This document shows, piece after piece, positions 24,076 to 36,900 of a stretch of 64,000 bases of DNA. The stretch covers positions 11,517,263 to 11,581,262 of the forward strand of contig NC_134028.1 in assembly GCF_964204645.1 (NCBI RefSeq). The letters are read 5' to 3'. The translations under genes and the position numbers were made by a program. Numbering within the stretch: position 1 is the stretch's first letter; every line of letters begins with the position of its first letter. Source of the DNA: Tubulanus polymorphus. Taxonomy: Eukaryota > Animalia > Nemertea. Under the pieces are notes generated by a model. That model did no database searches. It saw only the letters and a program-made list of their open reading frames with translations, and was not told the DNA's origin.

Positions 24076-27000
24076 GTAAACGAAATGTTGGTTGTGACAA
24101 AATTGTTCAGACGGTTTTAGGTGGTAATAAGTACGGAAACGTAACGACCATGGTCGACTTATTCGATGAAATCAGGCCTATGTGATATCCAAATTTTGAC
24201 TTTTTTATTCTCCAGACCTCCCTGATATAGAAATAAAAAAATTTGGTGGTACGAAAGTGCAATCACAGCGCCGACGGGGACAGAGCCGTGTCAGAGATCG
24301 GCGGAGTGAAAATTGAGGTGGACGAACACGAAGAAGTAGGCTATTGCGCTACTTGAATCACGAAAACTCCTGGCGTGCCCAGACGCTTTTCGTTGATTAA
24401 GTAATACAAATATCATGCAATGGGTTTTCACAATCTACCACTGGTATTTACCGGATTTCAATATCACTCCAAAATTCAAAGAAACCTCGAAATATCGAAC
24501 CGGAACACTTCCGGTACTGTAGATATCCGCGGCTGCCCAACCGGGAAACTTATTTGTTTCAATAGATATTGATAGGATCCATCATCTTCACCCGTCAAGG
24601 GATTCGAACCCACTAAGCTAAAGCCATGCCAGAATCGGGTCGGGCCAATCACAGCGCTTGTAACAAACCACATTAGGCTTCTGTGGAATTTCCCAGTAAA
24701 TGGGCCAATCAGCGAACACGTAGCGAACGCGGAAGTATTGTCGCGTGTTGATACATGACGTCATGCGCAAAAGCGCCAGTAATGAAATCGCGATAATTCA
24801 CGTGAACAGCTGCTGATATTTTCAGATAAACCAATCACAGGGAAGACACAACTTCCTGATTGGCTGATAAAAATTAAAATTTTCCCGATTTAACTTTCGT
24901 GAAAAATGCAGAAAACATTTTTATGAGACCCTATTTCAAAATTCTGCTCGCTACGATTCCGAGAATGGATTACGCTTAAATACGTGATTTGTTCGAATAT
25001 GGCAAGCAAAAGAGCCTTTTGTGTGGAAACCATGTCATTTAAATTCCCTCCATTTGTATAGTAATAGGCTCAGCCTACGGCTGGCCTAATAATGCTAATT
25101 CCATACGTGACATGCACAAGGGGAGTCAATAATGAGAAAATACTCTTGCAATCTCGCATACCACAGAAGATCTGATTGTTTCGACTAGCGCGGAGTGATT
25201 CAACGTCATGGACCTAACATTGTGAAAGGTTTGCAATGACTAGATTGGATAGTTCAATTGTGTACTTGGCCTTTTTTGATGCCTTATAAAACGTTACCAT
25301 TATGAAACCTAACCAATGTTAACCATTCAGCGTCATTTTACAAACGACAGACGTAAATCGATGTGCAAAACGTCACAGGTCTATGTGTACACATACAAGC
25401 TACTTGGCAAAGTATTATTGACAAAGATGTAGAATGGCTTCCTGTGATTATACAATGACCTATATTTGAACGTCGAAATGTTATATTGCATTTAATATCA
25501 TTAGAAGACGTATTGTAATAGTAAAGGATGTATGATTATATCAGAAGCGGCAGGCATAAATCGAAATGATATGTAAATCGGATTATTCGGTTAAATGGCG
25601 GATGTATACACGATGCGGAAGTCTGATATAAAAGTCAGACCCTGACGTGGGGATGCTGGTGGAATGATGAAGCTATCTACGATGTATGTAGGGCTGGCGT
25701 GAATTACATCAGCGGCTACAAGCGGTCAATATGAAAATATGTAAACATATTATTTCAATATTCAAATGTTTTAGAAAATATGTTCGATATTAGGGGTATG
25801 CAGGTTTCGTGAGATTAGCAATTTATAATAGCATAGCTGTCATATACGTCTCCGCGTCCTCTGATGGCATGTGTATTAGGTGACAATTCAATTCAATTCT
25901 TTATTGATCCTTATTACATTGAAATTCCGGGATAAAATTCCCAAATTCAATAAATACAAATTTTAAAATAAGAAAATACAACATACATGACACACGGGTA
26001 ATTCATACAGAATAACATAAACATGTTATTTCATATGACAATGTCTATTTCAACCCAGACTCAAGACTCTAGGATATCGAGTGACAGCCAAACCCGTGGC
26101 CCGGGCGCGGGCCGGCTGGCCACACGATACGCTCGAAGTCATGATGAAGCAGACATCAGGAAAGCTCTTTCTTCAATCATGGAGGCAATGGAGTTGCAGA
26201 CCATTTTAGAGGCATAAGTAAATGAAGTCGGTCGCAAGTTCGCGATCAATTATTGAGAATTTTCAATAAAAAAGATTAAACCACTACTAGAGTCGAAGAC
26301 CTGTATCATCTACCCAATCGCCAAATCTCATAATTCCCCAAATTTCTAAAAACTTCGATTTCAAATTTGCAATTCCACATTAGCTTATCCCAGAAATTCT
26401 ACATTTTTTTCGCAGGCGTCAAATAATTTTTTAAAACTAATTTTCTTGTTGGATTTTATCGTAATAAAAACTCTGGAATTGTTACCGAGAGAAATCCTAA
26501 AACTGTTGTAACAAACAAATCTTGAAATTTACTGACAATTTCTTAGTGATGTGAATTTGAGCTTGATCATACAATGTAAACCAGGTTCTGCAAATACTAG
26601 TGGAGAGAACACGCATTGTGTTTGATTCCTATAACTGAGAATGACTGCTCAGTAAGTTTATTAGGCTACATTAACTTTCACTTGTAGAGACACTCAGAAA
26701 TTTGTTGTCCATCATTATCTATTTGTTATGGATTTGGAAGTTCCAGTATCAACAGCGGTACCAGGATCAATTCAATTTATAATGTATTGATAATAAATAG
26801 CTCATCTTTATTGCCAATCTACAACTTATAGATGTACTCAAATATATCAATAAAACATTTTATTTCTGCAAACGAATAAACATAGCAATACATTTTCTGT
26901 TACTTTGTTCAGCTCACCAGAATTAGATTGAGTTATTGATAGAATCCATCAAGTTCCTCAACAGTGATGTGATAATATCAAAATGGTTGATGAATGGCGA

Positions 27001-27128
27001 AATAAATGCCTGTTTATATCAAAAATGATATTTATTGAGGATACGTGGTTAAGTTCGGTTTCAAAGCTGAATCGCATCACAAAACCTGGTATCAGTACAT
27101 AAACATACATGCAATATGCCAATGATAA

Positions 27129-27673
27129 GGCCCTCTTTTATTAATAGTTGGATTACAGATCCGCCGCAAAATATTTCCGATTTTAGGCATATAAAGAAAA
27201 AAAATTTATTTTCATTTTTTTTTTTCCGCTGCCCCCTAATTCTTAAGCATACGTATGGAAATAAAAACGAACATTCATAATTTCTTTCCACTGCCACATA
27301 ATCTTTTGAAATCAAACACAAAAAAATTGCGGTGAATGCTGGGTGTTCTATAGACTGGTTGCCTGTCAGTAACCAGTCTAGGGTATTCTAATGTATATTT
27401 TTGTCGGGTTCGTTCAGTAAATAGTGACTTGCAAAAATGGTGGTGTCAGTTATGAGTGTAGGCATAAATAGACAATATTAGAGTATCATTGTCCCATAAC
27501 ACCCTCCAAAATAGGGGAAGTTTTATTTTTTTTTAAATCCCGCCCCTGATCACTAAATTAGTAATAAATTCAATGTTTTGAGAAAACATTTTTTAAATTT
27601 TTATTTCTGTTCCTGTCGCCGCAATCATTACAAGCCAATCATATCTGTCATCCAAGTTATTAAAAAACGGCCC
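27129..27673. mobile_element. MITE, possibly PIF/Harbinger
   Basis: Imperfect ~32-bp TIRs ggccctcttttattaatagttggattacagat / atctgtcatccaagttattaaaaaacggccc; flanks TAA / TAT. Confidence 0.55.
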
Positions 27674-28154
27674 TATGATTAGTTCATGCAACTAGGACAA
27701 TATCTTCGACATCTTCAAATGAATTTTGACTAAAATTAGTACTTTTTAGGTGGTAGCCCTTATGGATCCATATATCTAGGATATGTGTTGACCAGTAGTT
27801 CGAAATAGCCGTAAGTTATCTATTAACTGATGAGAATTATTTGGATTAAATCTTTGTACGCTTCCCAGTGCAGCATTTAAGGCAACACGTTATTGCTGCG
27901 TTGAGGCTATATTCTATATCACCTTTTTTATGTCAACAGTATTAAGCAATGTGTTAGTTGTTTTCAAGGCATCAATAAACTTTCAAGTTAGTATTGCGAT
28001 TGGTTCATTCAAAATCAGGTGAAATTAGGTGATACCTTAAGGGATGGTGCTGTCAAGCCTCTTTAAGGTAATGTAAACGAGGGGTCCAGGGTCCATTTAT
28101 TCTATTCTATTCATCTATTTTATTCATTTGAAAATAAATAAGTTGATTACTCAC

Positions 28155-28217
28155 CCAATACAGTAGGATGACTGGTTTTCATGGATACCCTGGCTCTTTT
28201 ACCTACAGGAGAATCAC
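28155..28217 (-). CDS. Candidate internal exon (phase 1-1) of an unidentified host gene
   Basis: Acceptor ctgtatatttttag, donor gtgagt; 63 bp open reading (G)DSPVGKRARVSMKTSHPTVL(G); phase matches the 45572 exon. Confidence 0.35.
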
Positions 28218-29220
28218 CTAAAAATATACAGCAAATCACATACATGTGTATGGTACAAACGTAGGGAATACCCCTAAGCCAGAGAGTGAGTCATGTAGAG
28301 AATGCAAAATTGTAACACGGTACATATTCTTAACACTAAGTTTCATCTAACAAAATGGGTTTCAATATGACTGCGGCAGGACCGTTGGAAGCAATTTGCT
28401 TATCAATGCAGCCAAATTTTTACAAGTTACAATTTTACAAGTTTACATATTGCAGCAGTGAATTTACTGCAATTTCTCCATAATAGGATATTCAATGAAA
28501 AAAAAGAACGTCACTCAGTGAATTATTGCTGCAGCTTTCATGGCTGCACTTCCAACGCTACTGTTTGTAGGACATCTTGGATAACATATGCGCATCAAAA
28601 ACCCTGTGGTTTATCCATATCATGCCTTTGATAAACATACCAAGTCATATGAAAATCATTAAAACTATAGATTGTAGAGCAAGAACAAGATCAAATGTCT
28701 AATTAACACAGAAATTTGGTTGCTTTTCACATACAGGATGTCTCAATAAATGTATTACCATAGCTTCATGATTAATCATTCTTTAACTATCATAAGAATA
28801 CATTTCTTTGAGGCGGATTGTAGGTGACGTGGATGTTTGTTCAGGGATTGAATGTTGAAACGCAAAAATAAGTCATGCATGACTGAGCACAGGATTTGAC
28901 AATTATATTATCATGACAAATACAGCTAGAAAGAAACTTTAAAAGAGGACATTCGTTTATGAAACGCATGTAGACTGGAACACCTGCCACGTTGATTGGA
29001 AAATTTTAATACCGGGTATTCAAATGTCATCCTACTGTGTAATTCCAAAATTATTCTTTGGGATTCAAAAATTGAGGAATCAACCATAAATTCTGCAATA
29101 AGGCCAAAAAAATGATACCTAGTTTCTCATTCCCCGGCCGGGTCAGATAAATCAACGGTAAAAATTGTAAAAATAAAATGCTGCCAGCCAGTTAATACCT
29201 TCTTTTTATTATGAAAATAA

Positions 29221-30809
29221 CTAGGGGTCCAGGGACAACATACCTACTTGGGAAGTGGTACAATTTCAATATTCAACGCCCCCTGGTGGCCATATACACA
29301 AACAAATGACCTTGAAACTCACTACAATCATAGAATGTCATGAACTACAACTTAGCAATTGATCATTGGTAACAAAATATGCCTAGGTACCAATTTAATA
29401 TGGAAATACTAACTTATTCTACTATTCGACGCCCCCTGGTGACCATCTGCAAAACCCAATGACCTTGAAAGTCACCAACTTGAAAGTCGTCAACTTTGCA
29501 ATTGATCATGGTAGCAAAATATGCCTAATAAGGATAAACTAAGTTATTCTACATTTCAACGCCCCCTGGTAACCATATAGAATAACTACTGTCCTTAACA
29601 CTCACCACAATCATAGACAATGTCATGAGCTACAACTTTGCAATTTATTGGTAACAAAATATTCATAGGTACAAATATAATATATAAATACTAAGTTATT
29701 GTATTATTCAACACCCCCTGGTGGCCATATACAAAAACCAATGACCTTGAAACTCACCAAAATCATAGTACACGTTATCAGCTACAACCTTCCAATTGAT
29801 TGTTGAAACAAAATATGCTTAGGTATCAATATAATGTGGAAAAACTTTTTCCCACCTACGAATGAGTACTGATGACACCAAGATGGCCACCTATTGCGTC
29901 ATAATTGGCTGATTAAAAATACCTATCTCAGGTATAAAACATCCCTTTTCAAAGAATACCCATCACAAATTGCAATGGAAAATAGCAAACCAGTAGGAAG
30001 TTACAGACTCAAAATCCGGACCAAAATTGACATTTTTGGGTACTAAAGAGGTCATAAGACAGCCATCTAGAGTCCAATCCACCCAATTTGTCTTCTGCTG
30101 ATGGGCCCTTAGGGGATTCAAATACATACCAAAGATCAAGGTAATTGATCACAACGTCTTCAAAATTTCCCTCAAAAAGTTCAAAAATGTGTAAAAAGTG
30201 CTGCCAGTCTGCCATCTTGATTCTGACAGGGCCAGTTTTTGGGCTGAAGATGTGTCTAGGGTAGATACATGAGTAACTCAAATATCCGCCAATTGCGTGA
30301 TAATTGGCGGATCAAAAATACCTGTCTCAGGTATCGAAGATCCGTTTCCATAGAATAGCCACCACAAATTTCAATGAAAAATGGCAAACCAGTAAGAAGC
30401 TACAGGACTCAGAATTCTGACCAAAATTGACATTTTTGGGCATTAACAGGAAGGCCATCTTGAGTCCGATCGACCCAATTTTTCTTGTGCTGCTGGGCCC
30501 TCGGAGGATACAAATACCTACGAAAGATCAAGATAATGGACCGAGGCGTCTTCAAAATTTCTCTCGAAAACTTGAAATATGTGTAAAAATTGCTGATTTT
30601 GGAGAACAACAATGGCTGCCAGTCGACCATTTTGAATCTAACAGGGCCAGTTTTTGGGCTGAAGATGTGTCTAGGGTAGATACATGAGTAACTCACATAT
30701 CAGGACATTAAATTGAAGCATCTTCAAAACTTCCCAAAATAACTGGATTCCGTCTACGGACGACGGACGAAAAGTGAACGCAATAGCCCGCTGGGATTAA
30801 AGTCCCGCT
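29221..30809. mobile_element. HINE family A, full-length
   Basis: CTAGGGGTCCAGGGAC start, about 4 x ~150-bp units, body duplicated at ~415-bp period, (GACG)n, terminal hairpin gggattaaagtccc, A run. Confidence 0.8.
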
Positions 30810-31809
30810 AAAAAGGACTCAATTTTGGTCAGTGTGAACTTTAAATGATAACTGACTTTTTTAACAAAAATGAAATCTTCGAAAAAAATCGATATGGGCC
30901 TTTTGTCTGAACAAATGTTCATAATTTAACTACCGGTACATCCCTTGAATGACGTAAATAAAAACAACTAAAACTATGAGTGATCCAATAAGATACCGTA
31001 CAAACTTGGTGAGAGCCTGGGTTTCATCCCAGGTTTTACATTATCATAGGGACCAATCAGGACAGAAGCTCCAAAGTCCTTCAAATTTGAGGCCAGTGCC
31101 GGTTACTGACGAAACAAAGTTTATAGACTGACATGATTTTTAATAATTTCACGATAGGATTTCTGTATGTAGCTTACATCTTCACTCAGAAAAATCGTTG
31201 TAACGCGCAACATACACCGTTACGCCCGAACGCTCATCGCTGTGCCGCAGTTAACAGACTAATACTAATAATCAGGCTCCAAAACAGATCGCTAATGCTT
31301 CAATTGATGACGATAAAACAAGTATTTCCAGTCATGTATATATCAGACTCATCCTTAAAAAATCCATGCTATCAGTAAATCAGCCGTGTGGTGAACATGG
31401 AAGTAAATTTCTGCATTTTGAAACCACAGTTTCGTCAGATATCTTGATGCATTCTTACCTTATGCACGGGATATTAAAACTCGTCTTTGAAAGCCCATAA
31501 CTACCGAACAAAGAGTTGGATCTTGGCGATATAAAGTTCTTCCGACGCAAATAGCATTGAATTTTCACATGTGTTATTTTGGACAGTTAAAGAAGCTGCA
31601 TAAAAAAACGTGCTCAAATAAATCAAATTTTTGAAACTTTTTGGTAAATTTCTCAAAAACTGCGCACCATAAAGAAAAACCAATTACGAATTATATTTTT
31701 GCTTAATCCGTTCAATTCGCCCATTAGTAGTGAAATTACAGGCTACTGACATTGAGCGTAGTGTATTAAGCATACGAATGATTATCGATCGGCCAGACCG
31801 ATGGCGGAT

Positions 31810-32280
31810 ATATGTATGTGAAATAATTATATTCTCACAAGCTGAGCATTTGGAATTCGCACGTATAAGGTACCTAGTCCAATGAAATGTTCTTTAGTTA
31901 TTTTCCTTAGTTATGTCAGTAGTGCCGGAATTCCTAGAATTTTCCATATAACCCAAAAACAGCCAATCACAATAAGATTGCAATTTTGATAAGAATAAAA
32001 GCTAAGAATTTTCCCGCCAAAAACAGTTTTCCATAGAATTTTTAAAAAATTGACCATTGACCATAATTGGCTGAATGCCAATTCCAATATCACTAGCAAA
32101 GGTAAACCAAAAACCCAAGCTAGAATAAAACATTTCTAATTTGCAATTAATGACATCATTTTAGCTGCGCATATACCGGCCAACAAAGGCTTATGTGGCA
32201 GGGTTTTATACTTTGGCACATGTTGATGCCATCGGGTTCAATTCCCTACCGCAGAGCATAGATTTCATCCAGCGGGTCCT
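31810..32280. repeat. Dispersed repeat; second copy at ~44689-45103
   Basis: tgtgaaataattatattctcac...cccaaaaacagccaatcac...gctaagaattttcccgccaaaaacagtttt...caaaggtaaaccaaaaac is shared; this copy continues into the tRNA-like cassette. Confidence 0.75.
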
Positions 32281-32469
32281 GATATGTCATAGCACACTTC
32301 CAAAAATAAAATGGCAGTTTTTTAAAACAGGCTTTTGGTCTAGAAAGTATATTTTTTATGCACGAGTCGAGAAGATACGCACTATCCGCGTAAGATGGAT
32401 GACGTGAGAAATCCCACAATCATTCAGTCAAAGATGAAAAATTCTTGAATAGGGGAGTATATATTTTTT

Positions 32470-32514
32470 GTAGCAACGTTTCGGCTTAATACTATTAGCC
32501 ATCATCAGACGTAC
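32470..32514 (-). ncRNA. Minimal hammerhead ribozyme motif (PLE type)
   Basis: Minus strand gtacgt-CTGATGA-T-GGCT-aatagtatta-AGCC-GAAACGTT-gctac: conserved cores, a paired stem II and palindromic AACGTT stem III; stem I is imperfect. Confidence 0.65.
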
Positions 32515-33622
32515 TAAATTTCATCTTTGACTGAAACGTTGTGGGATTTCTCTTGTCATATTTTGTGCATGTGCAGGGTTGTTTAGGGTTAGTGATAAAT
32601 GCTGAGCGGTAGCATCCAATGACATGTTTGTAATTACGAGAATTTGCGATTGCCGTGAATGAAAATGTTTTATTTATTAGTGCATTGTTGTTTTTCTTCC
32701 TATGAGCAAATGAACATCTGTGAATCATGCATGTACTCAATGGTTAAAAAATGTGGTCGAATTTGTTCATTTGTTTTGAGATGTCAGACACATGTTTTGC
32801 ACATTTTTTCAATTTAGTATAGTAATAGCTGCAGCTACTTTGCCTCGAAGACAAAATCCCAATTTTTTCATATGGATTTCTATATTTTCACATTTTTCAC
32901 ATGAATCTGACCCCTGCAATGCAGCCATACAAATTATGGGAAATAATATCCAGCTATTCCCTCATAGTTACTGGAAATTCAGAGCAGCTGACTTAAGCCT
33001 GCTATGATCTGTTTCTCCACCATGCCACAGCCTACTTTAGCACTTCTGGTGTTTTTTTACTGGAATTGAATAAATACTACTACTGAGTACAGGATTTGAT
33101 CTCAGTTGAAATGTAAATATCACTACCGTATTTTCCGGTGTATAAGTCGAGTTTTTGAGACCAAAAGTCATGTCCAAAAAACGTAGGTCGACTTATACAC
33201 CGGCTACACTTGCGATATCGTTTTAAATTGACGATGTTTAAAATGGAATATCAATTTATGTTAGGCTACACTCATATACCAATTAGAATTTAGGATGTTG
33301 ATAAAAATAGTTTCTTATAGTTTGGAAATGTTTCAAAATTTACTAATGTTAAAAATTAAAAGTGAAAGAAAACCAAGTATATTCATTGTACAGTGTTTAT
33401 ATAAGCCGCGATCCTGTGGCAGCATGCCAATAATCAATACACAGTCAGTCTAATACTAGACTACAGGCGCGCGGCATTCAACGTATATACACTATACATT
33501 CAACACGTGGATACAAATAATGAGCACTAATCCAGTAATTTAATATTAGAAACAATAGATCCCAAATATAGCTGCAAAGCAGCAATAACGGGTTTTCTGC
33601 AGTCTTAGAATCCTGTTCAACG

Positions 33623-33905
33623 GTGGATTTCAACAAAGCATTTGATAAGGCTCAACATCAGCCATTACTAAACAGGCTATTAGGAAACAGTATCAATGAT
33701 AGGTCGCCCAAATGGCTCAGCAGTTATCTCTGAACGGAAACTTGTAACCGAAATCAACGGAACGCCTCATCTTGGAATGAGACGGTCTAACTAGTGGAGT
33801 CACGCAAGGTAGTATCCTAAGTCGTCTTCTGTTTAATGTCCTGACAAATGACATATACAGTAATCCAAAATATACCAGACCGAGTAAATTTCCAAAACGA
33901 CCTTA
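33623..33905 (+). pseudogene. LINE (CR1/L2-group) reverse transcriptase fragment
   Basis: VDFNKAFDKAQHQPLLNRL...KWLSSYL* then, after frameshifts, TSGVTQGSILSRLLFNVLTNDI: the DFxKAFD and GVPQGS RT motifs. Confidence 0.8.
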
Positions 33906-33946
33906 ACACACTGTTCGACCAAAAAACTTAATGTTCCGACAAAACC

Positions 33947-36900
33947 ACGGGCGACAAAACCAAAATTATGAATTGTCGCGGGTGACAAAACCAAAATATT
34001 GAATTGTCACGGGTGACAAAACAAAAATAATGAATTGTCGCGGGCGATAAAACCAAAATAATGAATTGTCGCGGGCGATAAAACCACAATAATGAATTGT
34101 CGCGGGCGTTAAAACCAAAATATTGAATCGTCGCGGGCGTTAAAACCAAAATATTGAATCGTCGCGGGCGATAAAACCAAAATAATGAATTGTCGCGGAC
34201 GGCAAAAACAAAATAATGAATTGTTGCGTGCGACAAAACCAAAATAATGAATTGTCGCGGGCGACAAAACCAAACTAGGGGTCCAGGGACACCATGCTCA
34301 CTTGGGAAGTGGTTTCAAATGCTCAACTATCTAACAATTTCAATACATAACGCCCTCTAGTGACCATATACAAAAACCAATGACCTTGAAACCCACCACA
34401 ATCATAGAACATGTGAGCAGCTATGATTTTGTAATTGATTGTGATAACAAAATATGCCTCGTTACCAATTTAATATGGAAATACTAAGTTACTCTACTAT
34501 TCAATGCCCTCTGGTGACCATATGCAAAACCCAATGACCTTAAAACTCACCACAATCGTAGTACATGTCATGAAATACAATTTTGCAATTGATCATAGTA
34601 ACAAAATATGCCTAGTTACCAATCTAATAAGGAAATACTAAGCCATTCTACTATTCAGCGCCCCCTGGTGACTATATGGAATAACTAATGTCCTTAAAAA
34701 CTCACCACAATCATAGACGATGTCATGAACAACAACTTAACAATGGATCATGGTAACAAACTATGCCTAGGTACCAATCTAATAAGGAAAAACTAAGCTT
34801 TTCTACTATTCAACGCACCCTGGTGACTATATGGAATAACTAATGTCCTTAAAAACTCACCACAATCATAGACGATGTCATGAACTACAACTTTGCAATT
34901 GATCATGGTAACAAAATATGCCTTGGTACAAATATAATATAGCGATACTAAGTTATTGTATATTTCAACGCCCCCTGATGGCCACATTCAAAAACCAATG
35001 ACCTTGAAACTCACCAAAATCATAGAACACGTTATGGGCTACAACTTTCCAATTGAATATAGTAACACAATATGCTTAGGTATCAATTTAATGTGGAAAA
35101 ACTTTTTCCCACCTACGAATGAGTACTGATGACACCAAGATGGCCGCCAATTGCGTCATAATTGGCTGATCAAAATACCTGTCCCAGGTATAAAACATCC
35201 CTCTCTAAAGAATAGCCATCAGCAATAGCAATGAGAAATGGCAAACCAGTAGGAAACTACAGGACCTAGAATTCTGGCCAAAATTGACATTTTTGGGCAC
35301 TAAAAAGGCCATAGGACGGCCATCTTGAGTCAGATCGACCCAATTTTCTTATGCTGATGGGCCTTTGGTAGATTCAAATATAAACGAAAGATCAAGGTAA
35401 TTGATCAAAGCGTCTTCAAAATTTCCCACGAAAACTTCCCGAAATAATGGATTCTGTCTATGGACGGACGGACGGACGAAAAGTGAACGCAATAGCCCGC
35501 TGGGACTAAAGTCCCAAGTGGACTGAAAAAGAATTGTCGTGGGCGACAAAACCAAACTAATGAATTGTCGCGGGTGATAAAACCAAAATATTGAATTGTC
35601 ACGGGCGACAAAACCAAACTAATGAATTGTCGGGGGCGATAAAACCAAACTATGAATTGTCGCGGGCGATAAAACAAAAATATTGAATTGTCCCGGGTGA
35701 TAAAACCAAAATATTGAATTGTCGCGGGCGACAAAACCAAACTAATGAATTGTCGCGGGCGATAAAACCAAACTATGAATTGTCGCGGGCGATAAAACCA
35801 AAATAATGAATTGTCTCGGGCGACAAAAACATAATATTTAATTGTCACGTGCGATAAAACCAAAATAATGAATTGTCGCGGGCGACAAAACCAAAATAAT
35901 GAATTGTCGCGGGCGACAAAACCAAAATAATGAATTGTTGCGGGCGATAAAACCAAAATAATGAATTGTCTCGTGGGACAAAATTATCGCGGGCGATAAA
36001 ACCAAAATATTGAATTGTCGCGGGCGAAAAAACCAAAATAGTGATTTGTCGCGGGCGACAAAACCAAAATATTGAATTGTCGCGGGCGACAAAAAAAAAA
36101 ATAAAACCAAAATAATGAATTGTCGCGGGCGACAAACACAAAATAATGAATTATCACGGGCGATAAAACCAAAATATTGAATTGTCGCGGGCGACAAAAC
36201 CAAACTAATGAATTGTCGGGGGCGATAAAACCAAACTATGAATTGTCGCGAACAAAAATATTGAATTGTCCCGGGTGATAAAACCAAAATATTGAATTGT
36301 CGCGAGCGACAAAACCAAACTAATGAATTGTCGCAGGCGATAAAACCAAACTATGAATTGTCGCGGGCGATAAAACCAAGATATTGAATTGTCTCGGGCG
36401 CCAAAAACATAATATTTAGTTGTCACGTGTGATAAGACCAAAATAATGAATTGTCGCGGGCGACAAAACCAAAATAATGAATTGTTGCGGGCGATAAAAC
36501 CAAAATAATGAATTGTCGCGGGCGACAAACACAAAATAATGAATTATCACGGGCGATAAAACCAAAATATTGAATTGTCGCGGGCGACAAAACCAAACTA
36601 ATGAATTGTCAGGGGCGATAAAACCAAACTATGAATTGTCGCGGGCGATAAAACAAAAATATTGAATTGTCGCGGGTGATAAAACCAAAATATTGAATTG
36701 TCGCGGGCGACAAAACCAAACTAATGAATTGTCGCGGGCGATAAAACCAAACTATGAATTGTCGCGGGCGATAAAACCAAAATAATGAATTGTCTCGGGC
36801 GACAAAAACATAATATTTAGTTGTCACGTGCGATAAGACCAAAATAATGAATTGTCGCGGGCGACAAAACCAAAATAATGAATTGTTGCGGACGATAAAA

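Noticed and set aside
26917-27009. Exon-like segment on the minus strand
   Set aside because: Stop codons in all three frames.
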